A DNA stretch of 64,000 nt. Source: a virus. The translations under genes were made by a program, and so were the position numbers. Below the pieces are notes generated by a model. It was not told the DNA's origin. It searched no databases and worked only from the letters and a program-made list of their open reading frames with translations. The stretch lies in IMG/VR virus record IMGVR_UViG_3300028844_003967, positions 5,221-69,220 of that record; one strand, 5' to 3'. Below are positions 17,659 to 24,804 of the stretch, piece after piece (position 1 is the stretch's first letter; each line of letters begins with the position of its first letter).

Positions 17659-17693
17659 AAATTCAATGAGTACCGAAGCACTCATTAAAATTT
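17659..17693 (-). repeat. Intergenic hairpin element
   Basis: AATGAGTAC-CGAA-GCACTCATT; downstream leader almost identical to that at 16143-16170. Confidence 0.85.
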
Positions 17694-17694
17694 A

Positions 17695-17955
17695 TTAATA
17701 CCCTACAAAATAATTCATCCATTCATCTTCATCTGCGTTATCTTGCATGTCATTAAACTCTTTAGCCATATCTCCATTAAGAACTACCTCTTGTGGTTTA
17801 TTCTCTTCCGAGTATTTCTCATACGCATACAATAATGATTCTAATATCTTATGAGGCCCATTGTTCCTCATAAGCATTAAAACTGTATTTTCAGCGTGAG
17901 ATGAGGTCATATCTTTAACCTCAATCTCTTTACCTTCTCTTGTTTTCCATTTCAT
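17695..17955 (-). CDS. Hypothetical phage protein (W.T..G..I...DM...H..N motif)
   Basis: 86-aa ORF coupled to the upstream gene. Confidence 0.6.
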   Translation of the reverse strand: MKWKTREGKEIEVKDMTSSHAENTVLMLMRNNGPHKILESLLYAYEKYSEENKPQEVVLNGDMAKEFNDMQDNADEDEWMNYFVGY

Positions 17956-18347
17956 TAGTCCTGGTATCTGTTAATGCTTTCTCCAAAGACAGTTGCTCCG
18001 TCAATGTACATGCCTTTCCAAAAGAATACTATTCTGTTTTTTTGTATAATTGGTTTAACCCACAAAGCAGGACTATCAAACAAAACACCATTCTCTATCA
18101 AAGAAACAGAAGGTATTCTAATCTTTGAAATTTTAGTCTTGCTTATAACTTTAGTCTTGCCAAAATTATTCTTAACAGTCTTTTTAATAGTCTTGTTTTC
18201 AATTATACAGCCTTTTTTAGTGGCTTTTATAATTAAATTGTCAAATAGTACTTTAGCAATCTCCCAATCGCTTAAATCACATTCTTTTCTAAGTCTTTCT
18301 GAGCTTTTAAACCCTTTTTCTTCTAATAATTGTCCTAATCGTGCCAT
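17955..18347 (-). CDS. Hypothetical basic protein
   Basis: 130-aa ORF in the block orientation, TAATG coupling to the next gene. Confidence 0.55.
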   Translation of the reverse strand: MARLGQLLEEKGFKSSERLRKECDLSDWEIAKVLFDNLIIKATKKGCIIENKTIKKTVKNNFGKTKVISKTKISKIRIPSVSLIENGVLFDSPALWVKPIIQKNRIVFFWKGMYIDGATVFGESINRYQD

Positions 18348-18417
18348 AATCTTCTGTGTTTTATTAGTTGTTTGTATATATATTAATTTGCAGAATATCT
18401 ATATAATATCTACTGCA

Positions 18418-18444
18418 TAAAAAAAGAGGCTATTAAACCTCTTT
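18418..18444 (-). terminator. Intrinsic terminator
   Basis: AAAAAAAGAGG-CTATTAAA-CCTCTTT; T run follows the stem on the minus strand. Confidence 0.6.
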
Positions 18445-18597
18445 ATTATTGTTGTCTTTTACAAGCTCATTCATCCATCTTACTAACAGGACATCTTGTA
18501 AATGTTTATCGTTAAAGTTTCTCCAAAAACTTAACATATCTTCTTTAGTTATTTTTGGAGTCTTTCTAACAGATTTACTCTTTCCAGCATTATCCAT
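18433..18597 (-). CDS. Small hypothetical protein (54 aa); absent from the ORF track
   Basis: Hand translation MDNAGKSKSVRKTPKITKEDMLSFWRNFNDKHLQDVLLVRWMNELVKDNNNKEV; overlaps the upstream stop. Confidence 0.5.
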   Translation of the reverse strand: MDNAGKSKSVRKTPKITKEDMLSFWRNFNDKHLQDVLLVRWMNELVKDNNNKEV

Positions 18598-18919
18598 GCT
18601 TTTTAGATTTTTTCCAATGTTGATTTACATTAAACAAAGTGAATTTATCAAAGATAAGATCAGATTCTTTCCAATTTTTAAAAACATATATCCCTATCTC
18701 ATCCGGATATAGATACATCTTTTCTAAATATTCAGTTTGATGTTTATAGTTTTCTGATTTTTTCTTATTATCTAAATGGACAGTATAGTGATAAAGCTTT
18801 CTGTTCCACTCTCTGCATAAAGTAGATATATATAGATATTTTATACCAAACATAATAACATACGTTAGAGGTATAACAATAGATAATATACATAGTAAGT
18901 GAATAGTTTCTTCGTTCAT
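18590..18919 (-). CDS. Membrane-anchored hypothetical protein
   Basis: N-terminal TM segment (LLCILSIVIPLTYVIMFGI). Confidence 0.55.
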   Translation of the reverse strand: MNEETIHLLCILSIVIPLTYVIMFGIKYLYISTLCREWNRKLYHYTVHLDNKKKSENYKHQTEYLEKMYLYPDEIGIYVFKNWKESDLIFDKFTLFNVNQHWKKSKKHG

Positions 18920-19055
18920 AGTTTTTGTTTTAACAGGTTAAAATTTATTTCGAGTCTTTCTAAGACAAAAACATTACCGCTGGACATACATTAGTCTGTC
19001 GGTAATTAAGTATTGTTCGTATTTAATTGGGTAATTATTGCATCTGTTTAGTAAA

Positions 19056-19086
19056 AAAAAAGAGTACACGTTAGTGTACTCTTTTT
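19056..19086. terminator. Hairpin/terminator, variant of the GTAC element
   Basis: AAAAAGAGTACAC-GTTA-GTGTACTCTTTTT. Confidence 0.7.
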
Positions 19087-19093
19087 GTATTTA

Positions 19094-19729
19094 CTAAAGG
19101 TTTGCTTTAGTTATGTTACTGATTTGGTCAAAGTTTCTATCTCCCGAAGTAATTTTCAATCGGTAAGTAGTATCTTTCAACTCGTTGATAATTTTGCATA
19201 ATGCTTCACAATATGCTTTAGGCTCATTTACTCGAACTGCGTAGCATTTGTTATTATCATTACTATTATCAAAGATAAACTCTAATTCATCTCCATGCAT
19301 TTCTCTTAAAGCAGGTAATTCTTTTGCAAGGTCTGTGATTTCGATAGGTTGAGTTACCTTGATTACAGATTCTTGGTCTGTACCCTCGTTTTGTACAACA
19401 TCTACCTCTTGAGTATATGCTACAAATGGATTAGGTAAAGAACTAAGCAAATCTGTTTTATCAGCATGAATAAACAAATATCTGTATTTGTTGATAGCTT
19501 TTGCTAATTCATTTGCTCGAGAAGTTCTGATAAAATCGTTTATACCGTCATCTCCTTTAGCTAATGCTCCAAAGTTTACTTTAACTGAATAAGTTTCTAC
19601 TCCGTCTTTAGTTTTGGTATGAACGCTTGCATCTTCAAGTTTAGCAAATCCTGATTTCATTGTTCTTAATGCCGAGCTTTTTGCATTAGTTGATAATTGA
19701 GCTCCTCCGAATTGTTCTAAAAAATTCAT
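19094..19729 (-). CDS. Hypothetical protein (211 aa)
   Basis: Likely start MNFLEQFGG at 19729; the track's longer TTG start runs into a hairpin. Confidence 0.65.
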   Translation of the reverse strand: MNFLEQFGGAQLSTNAKSSALRTMKSGFAKLEDASVHTKTKDGVETYSVKVNFGALAKGDDGINDFIRTSRANELAKAINKYRYLFIHADKTDLLSSLPNPFVAYTQEVDVVQNEGTDQESVIKVTQPIEITDLAKELPALREMHGDELEFIFDNSNDNNKCYAVRVNEPKAYCEALCKIINELKDTTYRLKITSGDRNFDQISNITKANL

Positions 19730-19822
19730 ATTAATGTTAGTGGTAAGCCACGACCTTTTAGTTAATAAATAATCAAGCAACAAAGAAGAACAAAAACTCT
19801 TTGCTACTTGAAAAGTGTAGGT

Positions 19823-19987
19823 TTACGATACTCTCAATACTTTGAGAGAACGTGCTATTCTGTTAGGATTGTAGCTAACAAGAACAGATGTCATGATTTT
19901 AGCATCTTTTCTTGTAGATGCTAATAGTTTAGAACTTTTTAACCTTGGTCTTTTAGTTCGTGTCGGTGATAGTGTATCTCTTTGCAT
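19823..19987 (-). CDS. Small basic protein (54 aa); absent from the ORF track
   Basis: MQRDTLSPTRTKRPRLKSSKLLASTRKDAKIMTSVLVSYNPNRIARSLKVLRVS, lying between two hairpins. Confidence 0.5.
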   Translation of the reverse strand: MQRDTLSPTRTKRPRLKSSKLLASTRKDAKIMTSVLVSYNPNRIARSLKVLRVS

Positions 19988-20059
19988 ATTATTTGGTGAT
20001 GTTTATAGTAAAACATCAACCAACAAAGAAGTACTTTGTTGATTGTTATGTTTAAGTTT

Positions 20060-20317
20060 TTATTTCATCTTTCCGTATCTGTTTTCAATAATTAATTCAA
20101 GAAGTATATTTTGTAGTTCTTCAGATAAATGCTGAAACAAATCAGGATTGTACTTAAACGAACAAAATTGATGTAATTGCCAAGCGTCAAGTGTACGCAT
20201 AGTACTACTACTTACTTTACAGTTTCCGGATTTGTAGCACCACAATTCTATTGTTCTTTCTTTTGAGGTTTTTACCTCAAATGTGTAGCCTAATAAGGTT
20301 ATTTCTAATTCTAACAT
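20060..20317 (-). CDS. Hypothetical early protein
   Basis: 85-aa ORF between two hairpin elements. Confidence 0.6.
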   Translation of the reverse strand: MLELEITLLGYTFEVKTSKERTIELWCYKSGNCKVSSSTMRTLDAWQLHQFCSFKYNPDLFQHLSEELQNILLELIIENRYGKMK

Positions 20318-20376
20318 AGTTCAAGTTGTTACTCATAGTAGAATAACAAAGAATACCGAAGTACTCTTTGTTATTT

Positions 20377-20685
20377 TTAAAGGTTTTTAAATCCTCCTGC
20401 AAGACATTTGAAGTTGTTCCAAGTAGTTCTATACTTTTGATGTTTAGTCTGAAGTATAATAAACTGTGATGTTACATTAACTACACGATATATTCCATTA
20501 CGGGAATTAACGTGTATTTTATCTCCAATGTAACAAGGTTTAATAGCTTTTACGAGCTTAAATCTTCTTCTCTTAGGGTTAGCATCATAAACCTCAAGTT
20601 CGTAATACCATTTACTTGGTACGTCTAACACAACATCAGAAGGAAGAAACGGAGACCAACCATAGTCATCAATTTTATTTTTCAT
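20377..20685 (-). CDS. Hypothetical early protein (possible SH3/KOW-like C-terminus)
   Basis: Likely start MKNKIDD at 20685; IGDKIHV....GIYRVVNV. Confidence 0.55.
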   Translation of the reverse strand: MKNKIDDYGWSPFLPSDVVLDVPSKWYYELEVYDANPKRRRFKLVKAIKPCYIGDKIHVNSRNGIYRVVNVTSQFIILQTKHQKYRTTWNNFKCLAGGFKNL

Positions 20686-20739
20686 ATTGCTAAGTTTTAA
20701 AATTACAAAGAACAAGGAAGTACCTTGTTCTTTGGTTAA

Positions 20740-21021
20740 TTACATTTGACTTGTATTATAAGGCTTGTCAATCATGTAGTAATCTGTACATAAATCTTCT
20801 AAAGATTCGTAATGACCATTTAAAGCTATCGCAAGTATATCACTTTTGGTAGTGTAATAGTCAATCCATGGAGAATAGAAGTACTTTATGTTGTATAAGT
20901 AGTTTTCGTATTTCTCGTATGTTTGTGATTCCATTTCATTATAACTCCATAATGAGTTTAATTTTTTCTGATACCAATTATAAGCATCAGAAATTTTTTT
21001 GTAATTAATAGGTGTGTTCAT
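20740..21021 (-). CDS. Tyr-rich hypothetical early protein
   Basis: 93-aa ORF between two hairpin elements. Confidence 0.6.
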   Translation of the reverse strand: MNTPINYKKISDAYNWYQKKLNSLWSYNEMESQTYEKYENYLYNIKYFYSPWIDYYTTKSDILAIALNGHYESLEDLCTDYYMIDKPYNTSQM

Positions 21022-21073
21022 AGCTTATAGTTTTAGTTAAACATTCAATGAGTACAGAAGTACTCATTGAATG

Positions 21074-21199
21074 TTATCCCCAATTAAATTTAACAAATGG
21101 TTTGTTGGGTTTAATTGGTTTCCAACATACTCTTAGTTTATACACGTCTAACGTGTATTTCCAAGTGTTTCCGTCTTTATGTAATCTAAATATTTTCAT
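21074..21199 (-). CDS. Small protein (41 aa); absent from the ORF track
   Basis: MKIFRLHKDGNTWKYTLDVYKLRVCWKPIKPNKPFVKFNWG; stop codon forms the base of the next hairpin. Confidence 0.55.
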   Translation of the reverse strand: MKIFRLHKDGNTWKYTLDVYKLRVCWKPIKPNKPFVKFNWG

Positions 21200-21252
21200 A
21201 TGATTTAGTTTTAGTGAATAATACAAAGAGTACGGAAGTACTCTATGTATTA

Positions 21253-21438
21253 TTAATGATTGTGAGAATGAAACATTAATAGTTTTATTCTCATCTCAAG
21301 CATATCAGCTTTTTTCTTTGCACCAGCATAAGGTATAGATTCAGGTTTAAGCTCGTTTAATCTTGCTTTGTAACCATTATACTTACGCACAAGATTTCCT
21401 ATGCGTGAATGCAGTTTATTCATCTTTTCAGTAGTCAT
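21253..21438 (-). CDS. Small helical protein (61 aa)
   Basis: Likely start MTTEKMNK at 21438; the track's extension crosses a hairpin element. Confidence 0.6.
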   Translation of the reverse strand: MTTEKMNKLHSRIGNLVRKYNGYKARLNELKPESIPYAGAKKKADMLEMRIKLLMFHSHNH

Positions 21439-21497
21439 ATCTAAGTTGGTTATAATTGTGAATAACCAACAAGCACCGAAGTACTTGTTGATTATTT

Positions 21498-21638
21498 TTA
21501 GAAAGGACATACAGCTGTGCATGGTGCTGACTTAGAATAAGATTTACTTGTTGAGCATGATGACATGACTATACATACAAGTAATAAATAAGCTATTACT
21601 GTGAAGTAACAAGCATTCATAAGTTTTTCTCTTTTCAT
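21498..21638 (-). CDS. Very small putative lipoprotein (46 aa); absent from the ORF track
   Basis: MKREKLMNACYFTVIAYLLLVCIVMSS-CSTSKSYSKSAPCTAVCPF; basic N-terminus, hydrophobic core, lipobox MSSC. Confidence 0.6.
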   Translation of the reverse strand: MKREKLMNACYFTVIAYLLLVCIVMSSCSTSKSYSKSAPCTAVCPF

Positions 21639-21673
21639 AACTATAGTTTTAAAAATTCAATAAGCAATGAAGC

Positions 21674-21805
21674 TTATTGAATAGGGTAACCTGCGTCATA
21701 CAGGTATTGTTCTGTTCGCACATCAGCTTGGTGTACTTTGTAAAGAACAATTAGAATTAGCATTAATGTGATAGATAACACGATAATTTTTAGTTTTTTT
21801 TTCAT
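21674..21805 (-). CDS. Small membrane protein (43 aa); absent from the ORF track
   Basis: MKKKLKIIVLSITLMLILIVLYKVHQADVRTEQYLYDAGYPIQ. Confidence 0.55.
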   Translation of the reverse strand: MKKKLKIIVLSITLMLILIVLYKVHQADVRTEQYLYDAGYPIQ

Positions 21806-21921
21806 ATCAGTTTAATTAATTCACGATTAACAGCGTCTGAAATTTTTTGTTTAGAGCTGTAGTTTTCATTGATTTCTGCATTAATTAATATGCGAGAAAC
21901 GATTTGTTTAAATTTTTTCAT
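21802..21921 (-). CDS. Small protein (39 aa); absent from the ORF track
   Basis: MKKFKQIVSRILINAEINENYSSKQKISDAVNRELIKLI; ATGA overlap with the next ORF. Confidence 0.55.
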   Translation of the reverse strand: MKKFKQIVSRILINAEINENYSSKQKISDAVNRELIKLI

Positions 21922-22732
21922 AATGATTTTAATATTAGTTTAAATAACAAAGAAGTACTACGAAGCATACTTAAAAAAAATTCAATCAGTACGTGAGTAC
22001 TGATTGAATAGTTGACTTGCTAAGTCTAAGTTTGGGAATTACACTCCAAAGCAATAAGGAGACACCACAACGGTTGGTATCATAAGTGAACAACTGTTCA
22101 CGCAAGCTTATTAAGATTATTACTGAATTGTAATAATCAATCAATACCGAAGTATTGATTGATGTTGCTTATTTACTTGATGTAGTAGGTTACAAGCGTG
22201 TACCTAATTATTATAAACCAATCATAGTGGAATTAGAATAATAATCAAAGAATAAAGAAGTACAATACAAAGAATACGTCACATTGTCATTGACAAATCG
22301 TCATGCTCTAACCATTGCTATTGTCATTTATTTCTTATAACTTCGTACACTCATATGTATCACGTATGAACAACAACATAACCAAACAGTTTCTAATCGT
22401 AGTAGAAATGTAGAGGATTGACACTCTCCACTCGCTTGGCTCTCACTACAGTATAACTACGCAGTAGGTAGTAAACTCAATCAAAATGCAATGAAGAACT
22501 TGTGATGAATTGTATTTGGATTTGGTTTTCAAATCGTTTTCGATTTGGTACCCCGTATGTTTCCATTTTGCTTTCAGAAGTTGCTAACTTTAAGATAGTC
22601 TTCTCACCCTTGGCATCCACTACTACTTTACGACCAGTATGTGTTTGGGATCAGGGCCGGGGGTTGTTTTAGGAATTGATGTATTCAGTTAATTCAATAG
22701 GGGTATGTTATATAATGATAAAAAAATATTAG

Positions 22733-22740
22733 TATATTTG
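22733..22740 (+). promoter_or_regulatory. Bacteroidota sigma70-type -7 element (TAnnTTTG)
   Basis: TATATTTG about 30 nt upstream of ORF 22770. Confidence 0.5.
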
Positions 22741-22769
22741 GGTATTGTTAATCATTAAAGATATGTGTT

Positions 22770-22898
22770 ATGCCAAAAGGTAAAAGGAAATTAAAGAAAC
22801 GTATAACTGCTGCTAAGATGGGAGCTGGTGCTACTAAGAAGGTAGCGAAGAAAGCTGCTAAGAAGATTGTTAAGAAGCGTAGGAGTAGTGGGTATTAA
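22770..22898 (+). CDS. Histone H1-like Lys/Ala-rich basic peptide (42 aa); absent from the ORF track
   Basis: MPKGKRKLKKRITAAKMGAGATKKVAKKAAKKIVKKRRSSGY; has its own promoter element and terminator. Confidence 0.65.
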   Translation: MPKGKRKLKKRITAAKMGAGATKKVAKKAAKKIVKKRRSSGY

Positions 22899-22904
22899 AA
22901 AATT

Positions 22905-22932
22905 AAGGGAGTGGTTAGCTCCCTTCTTTCTT
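22905..22932 (+). terminator. Intrinsic terminator
   Basis: AAGGGAG-TGGTTAG-CTCCCTT followed by CTTTCTT. Confidence 0.6.
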
Positions 22933-23152
22933 ACATGTTGTTGCCTTGGTGTAGTGTTTTAATTACAAGCCAAGCTAATAACATTATTGATATTGGTAGT
23001 GTTAGAAACGTAATAACCCATATTGGATTATTCTCTCCTGAATGTTTAACGAACCAAGATATGGATGCTAATCCACACATCCAGACTACTAATAATACGA
23101 CCAATAGCATTGGTCTTTCCCATAGGTATTTCCAAATTGTTTTATTACTCAT
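22931..23152 (-). CDS. Two-TM membrane protein
   Basis: Two hydrophobic helices in 73 aa. Confidence 0.55.
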   Translation of the reverse strand: MSNKTIWKYLWERPMLLVVLLVVWMCGLASISWFVKHSGENNPIWVITFLTLPISIMLLAWLVIKTLHQGNNM

Positions 23153-23172
23153 GTTCTTTGTTTTAGTTTAAT

Positions 23173-23547
23173 TTATTCTTCTTCCATTTTAGATGTGAAC
23201 CTATTTGGGTCCAATCTTTCTTTTTCTGTTTGTTCCTGGTCTATATCTAACTTGAATACTAAATCACCATTCATGTATGTTGCTTTGGGATCTATCTTGC
23301 CAAACATTTGACATAAATATATATCTCTTGTAAATCCACTAAGTGCAGCTGTGTAATCTGTTTTACCTTCCGGCACATATGCTTTACGATAGAAATGCCA
23401 TAGATACCATTTCTTACGATGCTTCTTTCTTAGGTTAGTTTCTAACACTAACGTATTCTGTTCTCTTGTAGATACAATGTGAGGATAGATAGGTACTAAT
23501 ACTTCTTCCTGTTCTTTTTCTTTACTTTCTTCTTTGGTACTTTCCAT
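23173..23547 (-). CDS. Hypothetical protein
   Basis: 124-aa ORF in a short minus-strand operon. Confidence 0.55.
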   Translation of the reverse strand: MESTKEESKEKEQEEVLVPIYPHIVSTREQNTLVLETNLRKKHRKKWYLWHFYRKAYVPEGKTDYTAALSGFTRDIYLCQMFGKIDPKATYMNGDLVFKLDIDQEQTEKERLDPNRFTSKMEEE

Positions 23548-23705
23548 GTTGGAGGATTATTAGAGACCTTTACTAAACCATTTAGTGATGGTGATTCAAT
23601 GCCTCTTGATTTTAAAATTCTTCTTGTCTTTTCTCCTTGCGAGAGAATATTGTGTGAAATACTATTAATCGAATCTATATATTTCTTTTCTTCTTCCTTG
23701 TTCAT
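23496..23705 (-). CDS. Hypothetical basic protein
   Basis: 69-aa ORF with TAATG coupling. Confidence 0.5.
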   Translation of the reverse strand: MNKEEEKKYIDSINSISHNILSQGEKTRRILKSRGIESPSLNGLVKVSNNPPTWKVPKKKVKKKNRKKY

Positions 23706-24055
23706 TAGTGTTTAAATTCATCGAACTCATAACAAACCCTACCTTCAGATACAATGTCAATTTCTCTGACTACAGCATAATGCTTATCTAAGTCATCTCT
23801 AATATCTTTTTCTCTCCAAATAAATTTAATCAAGTTCGATCTTAAATTCTTGGTAGGTGATTGATTCTGTTCATCCAGAACAATCGGGTACAATCTACAA
23901 ATAATAGTCTTAACATCTTTCATTCCTTTAGCTACTTTTCTTTGATTTTTAGAAGTAAGTAGTTTGTGTACAGAATGAGGATAATAATATATATTAAAAT
24001 TTGCTATACAAGTTCTTGGCTTATAGCCTATTGGGTACTTTCTTTTTTCGTTCAC
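23705..24055 (-). CDS. Hypothetical protein
   Basis: 116-aa ORF, GTG start, divergent from the packaging operon. Confidence 0.55.
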   Translation of the reverse strand: MNEKRKYPIGYKPRTCIANFNIYYYPHSVHKLLTSKNQRKVAKGMKDVKTIICRLYPIVLDEQNQSPTKNLRSNLIKFIWREKDIRDDLDKHYAVVREIDIVSEGRVCYEFDEFKH

Positions 24056-24124
24056 ATTGCTAATTTATAAATATTTATTAAATCTAATGTACTTTTATTA
24101 CATTAATTTATTATCATTGTACTA

Positions 24125-24484
24125 ATGAAAGCGAAACATACAAGATGTGACTTTACTGTTCCTTTGTACGATGTGTCTGTATATGTTTACATATCAAATG
24201 ATATGTCTAATAATGTATCTGCAATTAATAATGATTTTGGATTAAACTCCACTAACGTTAATTCTCAGGGCAAGTCTATACAGTTTAGTAACAATAAAGA
24301 AACTAAGTTTGCTATGCTTTTTAAAGATGATGATAATTTAGATAAGGTAATAACTCATGAATCATTGCATATTTCTTGGTATATTTGTGAATACGTTGGT
24401 ATTGGGTTAACTCCAAATAACCATGAAGCACAAGCTTATATTCTTGAATACATAGTAGATAAAGTAAAGAGTTTTTTGTTTTGA
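24125..24484 (+). CDS. Zincin-like metallopeptidase-motif protein
   Basis: ITHESLH (HExxH) plus downstream HEAQAY. Confidence 0.65.
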   Translation: MKAKHTRCDFTVPLYDVSVYVYISNDMSNNVSAINNDFGLNSTNVNSQGKSIQFSNNKETKFAMLFKDDDNLDKVITHESLHISWYICEYVGIGLTPNNHEAQAYILEYIVDKVKSFLF

Positions 24485-24804
24485 GTAGAGTTAAGCTAAA
24501 TAAGAATGGCAATCCTTTTGAGGAATGTGATAGAGAGATTACGGTTGAAGTAATGAATACTATTTCTGGTTTAAGTAAAACTGGAATAAAAATGTTAGAA
24601 TATATGATGTCCTATTCTCCAAAGGATGCTAATAAGATTTATATTGAAAAGAAAGCATTTATGTTTGATTGTGATATGAAGGAGAAGTCATTCTTTAATG
24701 GTATTAAAGATTTAGTAAATAATAATATTATTGCTACATCAGATATATCGTTTGAGTATTATTTTAACCATGCCTATTTTGGCAAAAAAGAAAAAACAAA
24801 ATGA
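24481..24804 (+). CDS. RepL-like winged-helix protein
   Basis: LSKTGIKML...SFFNGIKDLV..NII......YYFN pattern; located upstream of terminase as in crAss-like phages. Confidence 0.55.
   Translation: MSRVKLNKNGNPFEECDREITVEVMNTISGLSKTGIKMLEYMMSYSPKDANKIYIEKKAFMFDCDMKEKSFFNGIKDLVNNNIIATSDISFEYYFNHAYFGKKEKTK

Larger units (their letters stand above)
19773..22163 (-). repeat. Cassette-like array of small ORFs alternating with related hairpin elements
   Basis: Hairpins at ~19773-19811, 20010-20053, 20342-20375, 20706-20734, 21040-21075, 21217-21254, 21461-21496, 21655-21682, 21953-21972, 21980-22009 and 22136-22163; most share GAAGTAC/GAAGC. Confidence 0.8.

Noticed and set aside
17974-18420. 148-aa plus-strand ORF, and similar plus-strand ORFs at 3813, 6861, 7337, 7604, 9493, 13727, 17940, 18449 and 22911
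   Set aside because: Antisense shadows of coupled minus-strand genes, with Ser/Phe/Leu-rich composition typical of reverse frames.
21439-21522. N-terminal extensions in the ORF track (also 19730-19783, 20686-20715, 16146-16169, 11794-11895, 60067-60111)
   Set aside because: They cross hairpin elements or upstream genes; downstream ATGs with AT-rich leaders fit better.
19773-22163. CRISPR array reading of the repeated palindromes
   Set aside because: Repeats match only at the apex, spacing is irregular (roughly 100-330 nt), intervals carry intact ORFs, and no cas genes are present.
5567-22163. Classical integron attC sites
   Set aside because: No tyrosine recombinase in the window; elements are shorter than attC and lack consistent RYYYAAC/GTTRRRY ends. 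Kept only as an analogy.
21950-22760. tRNA genes in the non-coding region
   Set aside because: No cloverleaf with a T-loop GTTCRA motif and acceptor stem was found by eye; tRNAscan-SE or ARAGORN would be decisive.
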